Shown: piece after piece, positions 10,509 through 21,417 of the stretch | Numbering within the stretch: the first letter of the stretch is position 1 | How the letters are laid out: each line of letters opens with the position of its first letter | NCBI RefSeq assembly: GCF_030013205.1 | Contig: NZ_CP122648.1 | Direction: 5' to 3' (one strand) | DNA from: Escherichia coli | GTDB taxonomy: Bacteria; Pseudomonadota; Gammaproteobacteria; Enterobacterales; Enterobacteriaceae | Length of the DNA stretch: 64,000 bases | Program-made: the position numbers and the translations under genes | The notes under the pieces: generated by a model | The model's database searches: none | What the model saw: the letters and a program-made list of their open reading frames with translations, nothing else | What the model was told of the DNA's origin: nothing

Positions 10509-11405
10509 CTATGACTTGCTGTTTTCAGTAAGAGTCTTATCATCCAAAGAATTTATTCTAGAAATTCTTTTTAACTCATTAAGATAATCAACCTCGTTTT
10601 CTAAGAACCAATGAAGAACTTTAGAATTGCCAAGTAATTTATTAATATATGACTGGATTATAACGAATTTCAACATATCTGAACCATACTCGGTTTGAAG
10701 CTTTTTCGTTTCTTCCGAAGTTGTTGCCATTTCTTGTTCCAGACGAAGTATGGTTTTTTTTATGTCCTTTTTATAGGGAGTGTTTTTCCCTTTATTTACT
10801 ATCATCGATGCCGGTGTTGCATCCAAGATGCTCATTGCAAATTTTTTACTATAATTATCAAAATTAATCATTGTACCGACTGCTTCAATTTGGCGAATTG
10901 GCTTCATTTTCCTCAAAACGTCAAATGTAGCCTTAGGTATAGGTTTATCAGAAAGTTTCGCAATTACACTTGGATCTATGCCGTTCATCACATTCGCTTT
11001 ATCTTTTATGGCATCAACAGATATGCCCAAAGCAGCACTAAGTTTTTCAATTGATACTTTTGCCAGAGACTTAATTATCATTCTATGTTCTTCAACTACA
11101 TTTATATGATTCACTTGTTTGTTAGGAGTGAAAGCATCATCTATGCTCGAAAGTATACATGGAGCTTTTTCTATACCTAAGTCTTTTAAAGCCTCAACCC
11201 TTAAATGGCCATCAAGTATCTTAGTGACATCTTTATCTTTGTCATAGAATACTATTATTGGTTCAATAATACCTAAGCTTTCGATAGAGGTAACTATTTG
11301 ATGATATTTATGGCTTCGCTTTACGTTTTCTAATAATTCCTTAGATGGAATTAACTTATTAGTTTCCAGGTAAATAAAATTATCGCCAAAACGTATCTGA
11401 ATCAT
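10509..11405 (-). CDS. ParB/Srx-family protein (second of two tandem paralogues)
   Basis: 298-aa ORF; N-terminal ParB-like motif ...KILDGHLRVEALKDLGIEKAPCIL...; K/N/I-rich; start overlaps the upstream gene stop. Confidence 0.6.
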   Translation of the reverse strand: MIQIRFGDNFIYLETNKLIPSKELLENVKRSHKYHQIVTSIESLGIIEPIIVFYDKDKDVTKILDGHLRVEALKDLGIEKAPCILSSIDDAFTPNKQVNHINVVEEHRMIIKSLAKVSIEKLSAALGISVDAIKDKANVMNGIDPSVIAKLSDKPIPKATFDVLRKMKPIRQIEAVGTMINFDNYSKKFAMSILDATPASMIVNKGKNTPYKKDIKKTILRLEQEMATTSEETKKLQTEYGSDMLKFVIIQSYINKLLGNSKVLHWFLENEVDYLNELKRISRINSLDDKTLTENSKS

Positions 11406-12298
11406 TTTAATACCTCTTTGTTTACTGGGGTTAATATCTGAGATGGTAGTTCTGAAAGATTCTCTTGTTCAAGTATATGTTGAAAGCTTTTATTTATCAT
11501 TATGATGTTAAAAATCTCATTTACTATTAGTAGGTTGGTTTTTATGAATTTTGAGTTGTTATAAACAGATTTATGTTCAGCGATACTATTTTCATAAAGC
11601 TCAATCAACTCCTCTGCAGTCATCCTTTTTGATGGTTTGTGATAATAAAATCCGGCTGCTTTTGCACCTTTATTCCCAACTGTTCTTTGATTTAGAATGT
11701 GTTTTATCTTTATAATGTCCCGACTTTTTATTAATTTTTTATCATATGCTTCGGTAAGAATATCTTGTGCTTCCTCAGTTTCACATCTTGCAAATTGCAC
11801 TGCGAGATACAGAGGCAAATTACCCCGTTCGACTGCTGAGAGAAGTTTATGCTCTCCCTTATCAAGTAGCATATTAATACTGCTCACCCAGTTCGATGAA
11901 TATCCAGTAATCTCACTTATTTCGGAGTCTGAAAGTCCTCTGATTTTCATGTCTTTAATCACCTGTAATAACTCATTAGAACGTGGTCTTCTCCTTGCAA
12001 TGTTTTCAACTAAACTCATAACGTAAGCATCTTCTTCTGATACATCTCTTATAATTGCTGGAATAATAGTTTCACCTAATGCAACGAGAGCCTCTATTCT
12101 CCCTTGACCACAAATTAAAGCATATTTGAAATCGCCTTCATCAATAGCTCTTACGCTTATTGGCTTGCTTAATCCTCTTTTTTTTATGCTTTCCTTTATT
12201 TCTTCATGCACTACCTTATTTCTTGTTCGTGGGTTAAGAAATTTTATTTTTGCAATCTCAATTTGAATTATTGGGAATTCATTTTTTTCAGGCAGCAT
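11402..12298 (-). CDS. ParB/Srx-family protein (first of two tandem paralogues)
   Basis: 298-aa ORF; ...KPISVRAIDEGDFKYALICGQGRIEALVALGETIIPAIIRDV...LVENIARR... resembles ParB box regions followed by an HTH-like segment; no ParA partner adjacent. Confidence 0.6.
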   Translation of the reverse strand: MLPEKNEFPIIQIEIAKIKFLNPRTRNKVVHEEIKESIKKRGLSKPISVRAIDEGDFKYALICGQGRIEALVALGETIIPAIIRDVSEEDAYVMSLVENIARRRPRSNELLQVIKDMKIRGLSDSEISEITGYSSNWVSSINMLLDKGEHKLLSAVERGNLPLYLAVQFARCETEEAQDILTEAYDKKLIKSRDIIKIKHILNQRTVGNKGAKAAGFYYHKPSKRMTAEELIELYENSIAEHKSVYNNSKFIKTNLLIVNEIFNIIMINKSFQHILEQENLSELPSQILTPVNKEVLK

Positions 12299-13844
12299 AT
12301 AGTTCCCTCACTTTCATGCGAGTAATAATTTGTAGAAGTTTATCAAGATTATCAAATCTATAGAGATCTAATCGAATGTTGTTTGTTTCCGTCATGCACA
12401 TTTTATTATATTCGTTTTCAATCTTTGGTATGATATAAAAATCAAGAGGTGAAATATTTTGTGAATTCATTCGTATAACAATTGTTATGTCTGCTTTCTG
12501 TGAGTTATCAAACCGGACTTTCCATCTAAGTTTACCTGATTTCATATGTATGCATTTAGTAACAAGGACGGAAATTAAAAACTCATCATTGATGTAAAGC
12601 ATTGGGGCATATTTATACTCGTCTATATGACAGTTACTTTTTAAAATTTCACCCTTAAAATCCTCAATTATCTCTGAGTAAAATGATCTTAGTGCTTCAT
12701 TTATTTTGAGATAGCTGTAATCATGTTCTGGCTTATAACCAATCAAAGTATATGCTCTTAAAAGACCACCAAATCGGGTTCTATAAACAGAAGATGAAGG
12801 GCCTGTATCATCTTCATCAATGATAAAGCCTGATAGTTTTCCATTAGATTCTAATTTTTGTTTTAGTTTTTCTAATAGATCTTCATTAGTCAAATGAATG
12901 GATCGGAGCTGAATTATTTCTTGAGCTTTATTGTATTTTTTCTTTGAAATAATAGGTTTATATGCCTTGTCACATCTAACCCATTCATGTTTGGGGTTTT
13001 TTACAAGCCTACTTTTTAATTTAGATGAGGTTTTGTTATATATGTTGTTTCCAATATATTTTTCATTTGTCAAAATTTGATGTATTTTTGCACGAGTCCA
13101 TAATGTTCCATTTTCTGCAGGTATGTTCTGTTCATTTAATCTCTCAGCAATAATGAATTCTGGGACGTTATTATCTATAAAGAGATCATATATTCTATTT
13201 ACAATTTTTATTTCATTTTTTGGTCCCGGAATTAATATTACCCTATCTGTTTGAATACTCTTTCTTTTGCGGAAACTCAATATTTCTTTAGCTATGCCAT
13301 TTTCGTCTACTAAAAGACGTCTCAGCCCATAACCAGCCATACCGCCTTGATGATAACCAAGCTTTATTAAATTTACTTGCCCTATAAATACCTTTTCAGA
13401 TAGATTCCTGCTGTGATATGCAGCACTAGATCTTTTTATATTCAGTATAACAGAGGACTCTAAAGGGAAATCTTTAGTGGGTATAGGTTCGGAACAATAT
13501 ATAAGATCTACACCATTTCTCTCAAATAGAAAGGAATAATATGCCGCTTCATCACTATTTTGAAAACGACCAAAACGGCTCACATCATAAAATAATACAG
13601 CCTGTATATCTATTTTCTTTTGTTCTACATCGCTAAGTAACTGCTGCAAAGAATGCCTGCCTACGATACTGACTCCGCTCTTACCTGCATCATCGTAGGT
13701 ATAAGCGATTTCCATATTGTTCTTTTCAGCATAATCTTTGATATATTCGGACTGATTATGTAAAGAATATTGCTGATGGTCGGTAGACATCCTCAAGTAC
13801 TGCGCGACCCTAACTCTATGATTTTTGTCATTTTCGCTAGCCAT
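12288..13844 (-). CDS. Large serine recombinase (resolvase/invertase catalytic domain plus C-terminal recombinase domain)
   Basis: 518-aa ORF; N-terminus VAQYLRMSTDHQQYSLHNQ... carries the catalytic-serine motif typical of serine recombinases; overlaps the downstream ParB-like gene by 11 nt. Confidence 0.7.
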   Translation of the reverse strand: MASENDKNHRVRVAQYLRMSTDHQQYSLHNQSEYIKDYAEKNNMEIAYTYDDAGKSGVSIVGRHSLQQLLSDVEQKKIDIQAVLFYDVSRFGRFQNSDEAAYYSFLFERNGVDLIYCSEPIPTKDFPLESSVILNIKRSSAAYHSRNLSEKVFIGQVNLIKLGYHQGGMAGYGLRRLLVDENGIAKEILSFRKRKSIQTDRVILIPGPKNEIKIVNRIYDLFIDNNVPEFIIAERLNEQNIPAENGTLWTRAKIHQILTNEKYIGNNIYNKTSSKLKSRLVKNPKHEWVRCDKAYKPIISKKKYNKAQEIIQLRSIHLTNEDLLEKLKQKLESNGKLSGFIIDEDDTGPSSSVYRTRFGGLLRAYTLIGYKPEHDYSYLKINEALRSFYSEIIEDFKGEILKSNCHIDEYKYAPMLYINDEFLISVLVTKCIHMKSGKLRWKVRFDNSQKADITIVIRMNSQNISPLDFYIIPKIENEYNKMCMTETNNIRLDLYRFDNLDKLLQIITRMKVRELYAA

Positions 13845-14014
13845 GCACGAAACCTCATGGATGATTCAATACAATGTAGTGGATAAAATTGATCAAATTT
13901 CAACCGAATTCAACTGTTTTATCATTGATTAGAGCGAATTTGGTAGATCTTCGAGGTGTATGATAATCGAGAAGAGATGTGAATTATTTAGCTGATATGA
14001 CCGACAGCTTTCGT

Positions 14015-14064
14015 TATGTGGACTCAATGTCCCCATTTGTAAATGGCTATGCTTAGTCCACATA
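14015..14064. repeat. Inverted repeat TATGTGGACT ... AGTCCACATA (10-bp arms, about 30-bp spacer) upstream of the serine recombinase gene
   Basis: Seen directly in the sequence (approximate coordinates); lies in the 282-bp gap between the serine recombinase and the integrase. Confidence 0.5.
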
Positions 14065-14126
14065 GGTTAATGGTGTGATTATTAATTCTTTAACTAAATC
14101 AAGATAGTTAATCCATCATGGGAGAG

Positions 14127-15356
14127 TTATGCGGCCATAACTTTGCATTTTTGAGACGAAACATAGTCACTCCACCATTGCATGAGAACCACCCGTTCAG
14201 TGAGATACTCTGCACGATTGTAGGCTGCAATTATTTCATCTTTCTTCGAGTGGGCAAGGGCGGCTTCTAAGACATCAGTCCTAAACTTGCCAGACTCCTC
14301 AGCAGCCGTTCTAGCAATGGATCGCATACCGTGAGCTACAAGCTCACCTCCGAAACCCATACGGATTATGGCCGCATTAGCTGTTTGTTCATGCATGTGA
14401 TTGAGTGGAGCTTTGATACTGGGGAACACCCACTCTCTATGCCCGCTGATGACTTTCATTAAATCCAAAACTCGCAAAGCTTCTTTGCTCAGTGGAACTT
14501 TGTGAGGCTTCTTCATTTTCATAAACTCCGCCGGGATGTTCCACATGCCAGTTTCAATATCAATATCTGACCATCTTGTGCGAACAGCTTCACCTGGGCG
14601 AACCCATGTGAGAAGTTGCCACTCAATCAGTAGCCTTGTTTCCAAACGGATAGAAGCATTGTTTAGAGCAACCAAGAAGCGAGGGAGTTCGGAAGGGGGT
14701 AATGCTGGCATATTCTGTTTTTTTGGCTTGCTGAACCGTTGCCCCAGGTTGTCTGCCGGGTTGAATTCTATGAGTTCTTCTGTTGCTGCATAGCGGAAAA
14801 TTTCATTCAGGCGGGATATGATGCGGCGAAGTGTTTCAAGGACACCTCGTTTTTCTATGGGTTCTAAATGCTGTTTAAGCATTTTAGGGCGAATCTCCTT
14901 AATTGGGGTATCACCCAATGTGGAAAAGATATTTCTCTCTAGGCTTCGCCAGATGTCGTTAGCATGATCTTGGGAGATGCCTGACGTTTTGACTTTCTCA
15001 TCAAGCCACTTCTTGGCTACTGCTTGAAATGTATGTTCCGTGGCATCTTTCAGTGCATTGGCTTTTTGGTTGTTATGAACTTGGGGGTCTATACCATTTG
15101 TAAGCAACGACAAGTATTCATCACGTAAAGCTCGTGCCTTCGCAAGTGTAAGGTGAGGATAGGTTCCTAAGCTCACCTTAGTTCGCTTTTTGGTCACAGG
15201 CACTGCATATCTGAAATACCAATTTTTCTTCCCTCCCTTCGCCAGGGGAGCGATTCGCAACAGCAAACCATCGCCGTCAAAAAGGTTAACCTCTTTTTCG
15301 GCAGGTTTGGTGCTTTTGATTTCAGTGTCAGTGAGCTTCTTAGCGATTTTGGCCAT
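14127..15356 (-). CDS. intA: P4-type tyrosine integrase (IntA-like) at the 3' end of ssrA
   Basis: ORF 14127-15437 (GTG start in the track); probable start at 15356 (MAKIAKKLTDTEIK...), matching the N-terminus of CP4-57 IntA as recalled; conserved ...HGMRSIARTAA... region. Confidence 0.85.
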   Translation of the reverse strand: MAKIAKKLTDTEIKSTKPAEKEVNLFDGDGLLLRIAPLAKGGKKNWYFRYAVPVTKKRTKVSLGTYPHLTLAKARALRDEYLSLLTNGIDPQVHNNQKANALKDATEHTFQAVAKKWLDEKVKTSGISQDHANDIWRSLERNIFSTLGDTPIKEIRPKMLKQHLEPIEKRGVLETLRRIISRLNEIFRYAATEELIEFNPADNLGQRFSKPKKQNMPALPPSELPRFLVALNNASIRLETRLLIEWQLLTWVRPGEAVRTRWSDIDIETGMWNIPAEFMKMKKPHKVPLSKEALRVLDLMKVISGHREWVFPSIKAPLNHMHEQTANAAIIRMGFGGELVAHGMRSIARTAAEESGKFRTDVLEAALAHSKKDEIIAAYNRAEYLTERVVLMQWWSDYVSSQKCKVMAA

Positions 15357-15522
15357 GTTTGGGACCCTCGATTTTAGGACCCATCTTCGTGGGTCCCATT
15401 CAGGGTGCCATAACTCGTAGTTCTCAGCAATTCTCACTAGACTACAATAGACGTAAAAAAGCCCGCAGAGCTTGTGCTGTGCGGGCTTAGTAGACTTTAC
15501 TGAACTTCAGTACATCAATATT

Positions 15523-15885
15523 TGGTGGAGCTGGCGGGAGTTGAACCCGCGTCCGAAATTCCTACGTCCTCGGTACTACATGCTTAGTCAGTCTTTACAT
15601 TCGCTTGCCAGCTGCGGACGGACACGCCACTAACAAACTAGCCTGATTAAGTTTTAACGCTTCAACCCCAGGCAGGGCTTCCACGCGATCTCTTTTGGGT
15701 TTGACCTCTCTTGATCCCCGTCCTAAGAGCGGAGGCTAGGGAGAGAGGGCTCTAAGCAGGTTATTAAGCTGCTAAAGCGTAGTTTTCGTCGTTTGCGACT
15801 ATTTTTTGCGGCTTTTTACGAGGCCAACCGCCCCTCGGCATGCACCTTGGGTTTCGCAAATCCCGTCGAATCCAGAATCAGCCCC
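15523..15885 (-). ncRNA. ssrA: tmRNA (SsrA), 363 nt
   Basis: Reverse complement begins GGGGCTGATTCTGGATTCGACGGG and ends ...GGGTTCAACTCCCGCCAGCTCCACCA; the tag-template region is present. Confidence 0.95.
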
Positions 15886-16099
15886 AATGTGTAACGGCAA
15901 GTATACCAGATTTATGAGCGCCATGACCAGCCTCAATGGCGTTATCGTTAAAGATTTAGCACCCATGTAGCCTGATTTTTATTCGATTAAGCAATGGGAT
16001 GGCAACATTTGTGTCGGATGTGATAGCCAATAAGATGTTCATTCGCGCCGCCGGAGAGGGAGGCGCGGTGAGGAACTGGTCAATAATTGGAGTGCAGGT

Positions 16100-16582
16100 T
16101 TAACGGTGGGCGTTTTTCATGATACGCGCTTTATCCACCTGCCATTCGCGCTCTTTGATATCTGAACGTTTATCGTGCTGTTTCTTACCTTTGGCGACGC
16201 CGATTTTCACTTTGCACCAGGCATTTTTCCAGTACAGGGAGAGCGCCACTACGGTATAGCCTTCTCGATTGACGCGACCGTACAATGAGTCCAGTTCGCG
16301 CTGGTTGAGAAGTAACTTGCGGGTACGGGTAGGATCGCACACCACATGCGTGGAGGCCACGGCCATTGGCGTGATGTTAGCGCCAAACAGAAATGCCTCT
16401 CCGTCACGCAGAAGGACGTAGCTGTCGCTGATATTGGCTTTTCCTGCGCGCAGGGATTTAACCTCCCAGCCTTGCAGGGCAAGTCCCGCTTCGAACTCTT
16501 CTTCGATAAAGTATTCGTGACGGGCGCGCTTGTTAAGCGCGATGGTCGCTGAACCAGGTTTATGTGCTTTTTTCTTCGTCAT
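16100..16582 (-). CDS. smpB: SsrA-binding protein SmpB
   Basis: 160-aa [48 protein letters not shown]... Confidence 0.95.
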
Positions 16583-16713
16583 AAGCGTCGTGAATCATCG
16601 GTAATCTGAAATCGAAAACACCCCATATCAATCCTGCGGGGGACAAGGCTCTATCTTAGCATGAACCCGATGTTACCCAGCGCCGGGATAGCGTTTTTTT
16701 TACAGCAGGATAA

Positions 16714-17190
16714 ATGATATTATTTGTTGGATTTTTGTTGATGGAAATTGTTATGCCTCAGATTAGCCGGACCGCACTGGTACCCTACAGCGCGGAGCAA
16801 ATGTATCAGTTAGTGAATGACGTTCAGTCTTATCCTCAGTTTTTGCCGGGTTGTACCGGAAGTCGGATTCTGGAGTCCACTCCTGGGCAGATGACTGCGG
16901 CGGTAGATGTCTCTAAGGCTGGGATCAGCAAAACGTTTACTACCCGCAACCAGTTGACCAGTAACCAAAGTATTCTTATGAATCTGGTGGATGGGCCGTT
17001 CAAGAAATTGATCGGTGGCTGGAAGTTTACGCCGCTGAGTCAGGAGGCGTGCCGTATCGAGTTTCATCTCGATTTTGAGTTTACCAATAAGTTGATTGAA
17101 CTCGCCTTTGGCCGCGTGTTTAAAGAGCTGGCGGCTAATATGGTCCAGGCTTTTACGGTTCGTGCGAAAGAGGTTTACAGTGCCAGGTAA
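16714..17190 (+). CDS. ratA: Ribosome association toxin RatA (YfjG)
   Basis: 158-aa ORF ...[34 protein letters not shown]...; the true start may be the internal Met. Confidence 0.85.
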   Translation: MILFVGFLLMEIVMPQISRTALVPYSAEQMYQLVNDVQSYPQFLPGCTGSRILESTPGQMTAAVDVSKAGISKTFTTRNQLTSNQSILMNLVDGPFKKLIGGWKFTPLSQEACRIEFHLDFEFTNKLIELAFGRVFKELAANMVQAFTVRAKEVYSAR

Positions 17191-17470
17191 AATTGCCGTT
17201 GAGGTGGCTTATGCGCTACCTGAGAAGCAGTACCTGCAGCGCGTGACGCTGCAGGAGGGTGCGACGGTTGAAGAAGCTATTCGCGCCAGTGGCTTGCTGG
17301 AATTGCGTACCGATATCGATTTAACTAAAAACAAAGTCGGCATTTATAGCCGTCCGGCAAAACTGAGCGATAGTGTGCATGATGGCGATCGGGTGGAGAT
17401 TTATCGCCCTCTCATTGCCGATCCGAAAGAGCTGCGCAGGCAACGAGCAGAAAAATCAGCGAATAAATAA
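17180..17470 (+). CDS. ratB: RatB (YfjF, UPF0125 family)
   Basis: GTG start overlapping the ratA 3' end; ...[40 protein letters not shown]... Confidence 0.8.
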
Positions 17471-17476
17471 CAGACA

Positions 17477-17506
17477 GAAAAAAGGTGCTCATTGAGCACC
17501 TTTTTT
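17477..17506. terminator. Bidirectional rho-independent terminator between ratB and bamE
   Basis: AAAAAAGGTGCTCATTGAGCACCTTTTTT: perfect hairpin flanked by an A run and a T run (approximate coordinates). Confidence 0.8.
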
Positions 17507-17531
17507 AACGTCTTTGAGAGCAACTTTATTA

Positions 17532-17873
17532 TTAGTTACCACTCAGCGCAGGTTTGTTATCAATGTTGGTCAACACACCGCTACTGTTAAAGGTCAGCGT
17601 CAGCGTTTGCTGCGTTACACCTTCATGACCTGGTTGCTGGCGGAAGACATAGAACCAGGTATTCGTACCAAATGGATCGGACATCAACGGTGTACCCAAT
17701 GCGTACGCAACTTGTTGTTGCGTCATGCCAACGCGTATTTTGGATACGTCGTTAGCGGTCAGATAATTCCCCTGGTTGATGTCAGGACGGTAAACCACTC
17801 GCTCCAGAGTGGAACAGCCTGCGGTCAACATCAATAGTACTGCTGCTGCAGCAGTCAGCGTTTTACAGCGCAT
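17532..17873 (-). CDS. bamE: Outer membrane protein assembly factor BamE (SmpA)
   Basis: 113-aa lipoprotein [41 protein letters not shown]... Confidence 0.95.
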
Positions 17874-18021
17874 AGTGATTTGATTCCTTTTCGGGCCCGA
17901 GCAGTACGTGGCTCATCTGTAATATGCCGATGATAATAGACCTTTCGTCACTTTAAAACCTTTTGCTTTCCGGTCTTACGGCGTTTTGCTGTTTACTCTG
18001 ACCGTGAAGCAGGAAAAAAGT

Positions 18022-19683
18022 TTACGCCGCAAGCAGTTCTTTCGCATTCGCCAGTGTGTTACGTGTGACTTCACTGCCACCAAGCAGGCGCGCCAGCTCT
18101 TGTAACCGCGCTTTTTTATCCAGGGATTGCATATGCGTTTCTGTCATCGCACCATCGGTTTCTTTGCTGACAAAATAGTGTTGATGACCACATCCCGCGA
18201 CTTGTGGCAAGTGGGTAACACACATCACCTGAGTTGATTCGCCAAGTTGACGCAGCAGTTTGCCGACAACTGCCGCTGTTGGACCGCTAATCCCTACATC
18301 CACTTCATCAAAAATCAGTGCCGGGGTTTCCATTTTACGCGCCGTGATGACCTGAATTGCCAATGCGATGCGGGACAATTCACCACCGGATGCAACTTTG
18401 GCAATAGGCTGCATTGGCTGACCTGGGTTGGTGGTTACCCGAAACTCAATACGATCAGCGCCGTCAGCGCCCAGGTGATGCTCGTCAAATTTAATATCGA
18501 TCGTAAACTGCCCATGTGGCATAGAGAGCGCATGCATACTTTTGGTGATCAGCTGTGCCAACTCATTTGCATAATGCTGGCGTTGCAGGTGTAATGCGTG
18601 CGCGGTTTCCAGTGCCTGCTGATGATGTTTCGTTACCGCCAGCGCGAGCGTTTCTTGTGAGTCGGCCTGATCGTCCAGTTGCTGCTGTTCTTCCAGTAGC
18701 GACTGGTAATACTGTGGCAATGCCTCAGGGCTGACGTGATGTTTACGTGCCAGCGAAATCTGTTTTGAGATGCGCTGTTCAAGTTCAAACAGTCGGTTGG
18801 GATCGAGATCCAGACGATCGCAGTAGTGGCGCAGTTCATCGCTGGCTTCAGTAATCTGGATGGTAGCTTCTTCCAGCATATCAAGTACGCCGGACAGTTT
18901 GCTGTCCATGCCAATCAATTCGCTCACCAGTTGTTTAGCCGTGTAAAGCTGACTTTGCAGGTTTGCGTCTTCACCGTCGGCCATTACTGCCAATGCATTC
19001 TGGCTGGTAGTCAGCAATTGACCGCTGTTCGCCAGACGTTTGTACTCTTCGTCGATTTGCTCAAACTCTCCGGGCTGCGGATTAAATTCGTTAAGTTCTT
19101 TTAATTGGTATTGCAGCAGTTCTGCACGGGCGGCGCGTTCCTGACTTAACTGTTGATGATGCGCGAGGTCACGGCAGCTTTGATGCCACAACTGATAACG
19201 TGCGGTCATTTCCTGGAGTAGAGAGGTTTCATTGGCATAGCCATCAAGCAGGAATTTTTGGTGCTCGGGTTTGGTGAGTAACTGATGAGCGTGCTGACCA
19301 TGGATCTGAATCAGCAACTGACCCAGTTCGCGCAGTTGTGAAAGAGGAACCGCTGTACCGTTGATAAAACCACGGGAGCGACCATCGCTGCTGATTACGC
19401 GACGAAGCAAACATTCATGCCCGTCTTCAAGCTGGTTTTCTTCCAGCCAGCGCAGGGCCGCTGGCGTATCTTTCAGAGAAAAACGGGCGCACAGGTCGGC
19501 ACGAGCAGCGCCGGTACGCACCATGTCGGCTTCAGCGCGACCACCGAGACAAAGGCCGAGGGCATCTATTGCAATAGATTTACCCGCGCCGGTCTCGCCA
19601 GTTATTACGGTCATGCCGCTATGAAAATCAATCTCAAGCTCACGAACGATAGCAAAGTTGCTGATGGTCAGTTGTGCCAACAT
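18022..19683 (-). CDS. recN: DNA repair protein RecN
   Basis: 553-aa [54 protein letters not shown]... Confidence 0.95.
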   Translation of the reverse strand: MLAQLTISNFAIVRELEIDFHSGMTVITGETGAGKSIAIDALGLCLGGRAEADMVRTGAARADLCARFSLKDTPAALRWLEENQLEDGHECLLRRVISSDGRSRGFINGTAVPLSQLRELGQLLIQIHGQHAHQLLTKPEHQKFLLDGYANETSLLQEMTARYQLWHQSCRDLAHHQQLSQERAARAELLQYQLKELNEFNPQPGEFEQIDEEYKRLANSGQLLTTSQNALAVMADGEDANLQSQLYTAKQLVSELIGMDSKLSGVLDMLEEATIQITEASDELRHYCDRLDLDPNRLFELEQRISKQISLARKHHVSPEALPQYYQSLLEEQQQLDDQADSQETLALAVTKHHQQALETAHALHLQRQHYANELAQLITKSMHALSMPHGQFTIDIKFDEHHLGADGADRIEFRVTTNPGQPMQPIAKVASGGELSRIALAIQVITARKMETPALIFDEVDVGISGPTAAVVGKLLRQLGESTQVMCVTHLPQVAGCGHQHYFVSKETDGAMTETHMQSLDKKARLQELARLLGGSEVTRNTLANAKELLAA

Positions 19684-19711
19684 AGTTGTTTTCCTGTATG
19701 AAAAACCATTA

Positions 19712-19749
19712 CTGTTATTGTGTACAGTATAAACTGGTTTTATATACAG
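19712..19749. promoter_or_regulatory. recN promoter region with LexA (SOS) boxes
   Basis: CTGTTATTGTGTACAG and CTGGTTTTATATACAG (CTGT-N8-ACAG type) directly upstream of the recN start (approximate coordinates). Confidence 0.65.
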
Positions 19750-19768
19750 TAAAGAGGCTGGCGTAAAA

Positions 19769-20647
19769 TTAGAATAATTTTTTTGACCAGCCGAGCTTGG
19801 TGCTTAATGTATTGAAATAACTGTAATCTTTCGGATGAATCAGATTCAGATGGTAATCACAGCGACGAATCAGGACATCTTCACCTTCCTGAATCGGCAG
19901 TGCTATCTGGCTGTCGCAACTGATTTCCAGGTCGTTACGGCGATGCGAAAAACGCAGACGGATCGTGCTGCTGCTGTTTATCACCAGCGGTCGCGCTGAC
20001 AACGTATGCGGGAACATGGGCACCAGGGTAATCGCATCCAGAGAGGGTGTCAGAATAGGACCGCCCGCAGAGAGGGAATAGGCGGTGGAGCCTGTTGGCG
20101 TCGAAATAATCAGGCCATCAGAACGCTGAGAAAACGCAAAGATCTCGTCGATATACACTTCGAACTCAATCATATGCGCCACTTTGCCAGGATGAAGTAC
20201 CACTTCGTTAATCGCCGTGCTGATGCGTTTCTGGCAATCTTGCTGACAAACTTGCGCTTCCAGCAAAAAACGTTTCTCGCTGATGTAGTGGCCTTCCAGC
20301 ACATCGGCTAATTGTTGCTGGGCGTTATCGGGATCAAGGTCGGTCAGGAAACCCAGGTTGCCACGGTTGATTCCAATAACTTTAATATCGTAACGGGCGA
20401 GTGTGCGTGCCGCGCCCAGCATATTACCGTCGCCACCAACGACTACCGCGAGATCAGCCAGTTGTCCAATCTCCGCGAGCGTGCCAGTTTTCACATTCTT
20501 CAGTTGCAGTTCGTGAGCGATTTGCTGCTCAACGATGACCTCGTAACCTTTTGTGCACAGCCAGCGGTAGAGCATTTCATGTGTTGTCAGTGCAGTGGGG
20601 TGCCGTGGGTGTCCCACAATGCCAATACACTTGAAATGATTATTCAT
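19769..20647 (-). CDS. nadK: NAD kinase
   Basis: 292-aa ORF with [11 protein letters not shown] motif. Confidence 0.95.
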
Positions 20648-20695
20648 TTTTCCGAGGTCCTTGTTGCGAAGATTGATGACAATGTGAGTGCTTCC

Positions 20696-20725
20696 CTTGA
20701 AACCCTGAAACTGATCCCCATAATA
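20696..20725 (+). promoter_or_regulatory. grpE heat-shock (sigma-32) promoter
   Basis: CTTGAAA -35 element and CCCCATAAT -10 element with appropriate spacing upstream of grpE (approximate coordinates). Confidence 0.6.
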
Positions 20726-20736
20726 AGCGAAGTTAG

Positions 20737-21363
<627 letters not shown>

Positions 21364-21385
21364 TTTCTGCTTTCGTAATAAATCA

Positions 21386-21416
21386 CGGCCCAGCATGCGA
21401 ATGCCGGGCCGTTTTC
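21386..21416. terminator. Bidirectional terminator between grpE and yfjD
   Basis: ACGGCCCAGCATGCGAATGCCGGGCCGTTTTCG: GC-rich hairpin followed by a T run (approximate coordinates). Confidence 0.7.
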
Positions 21417-21417
21417 G

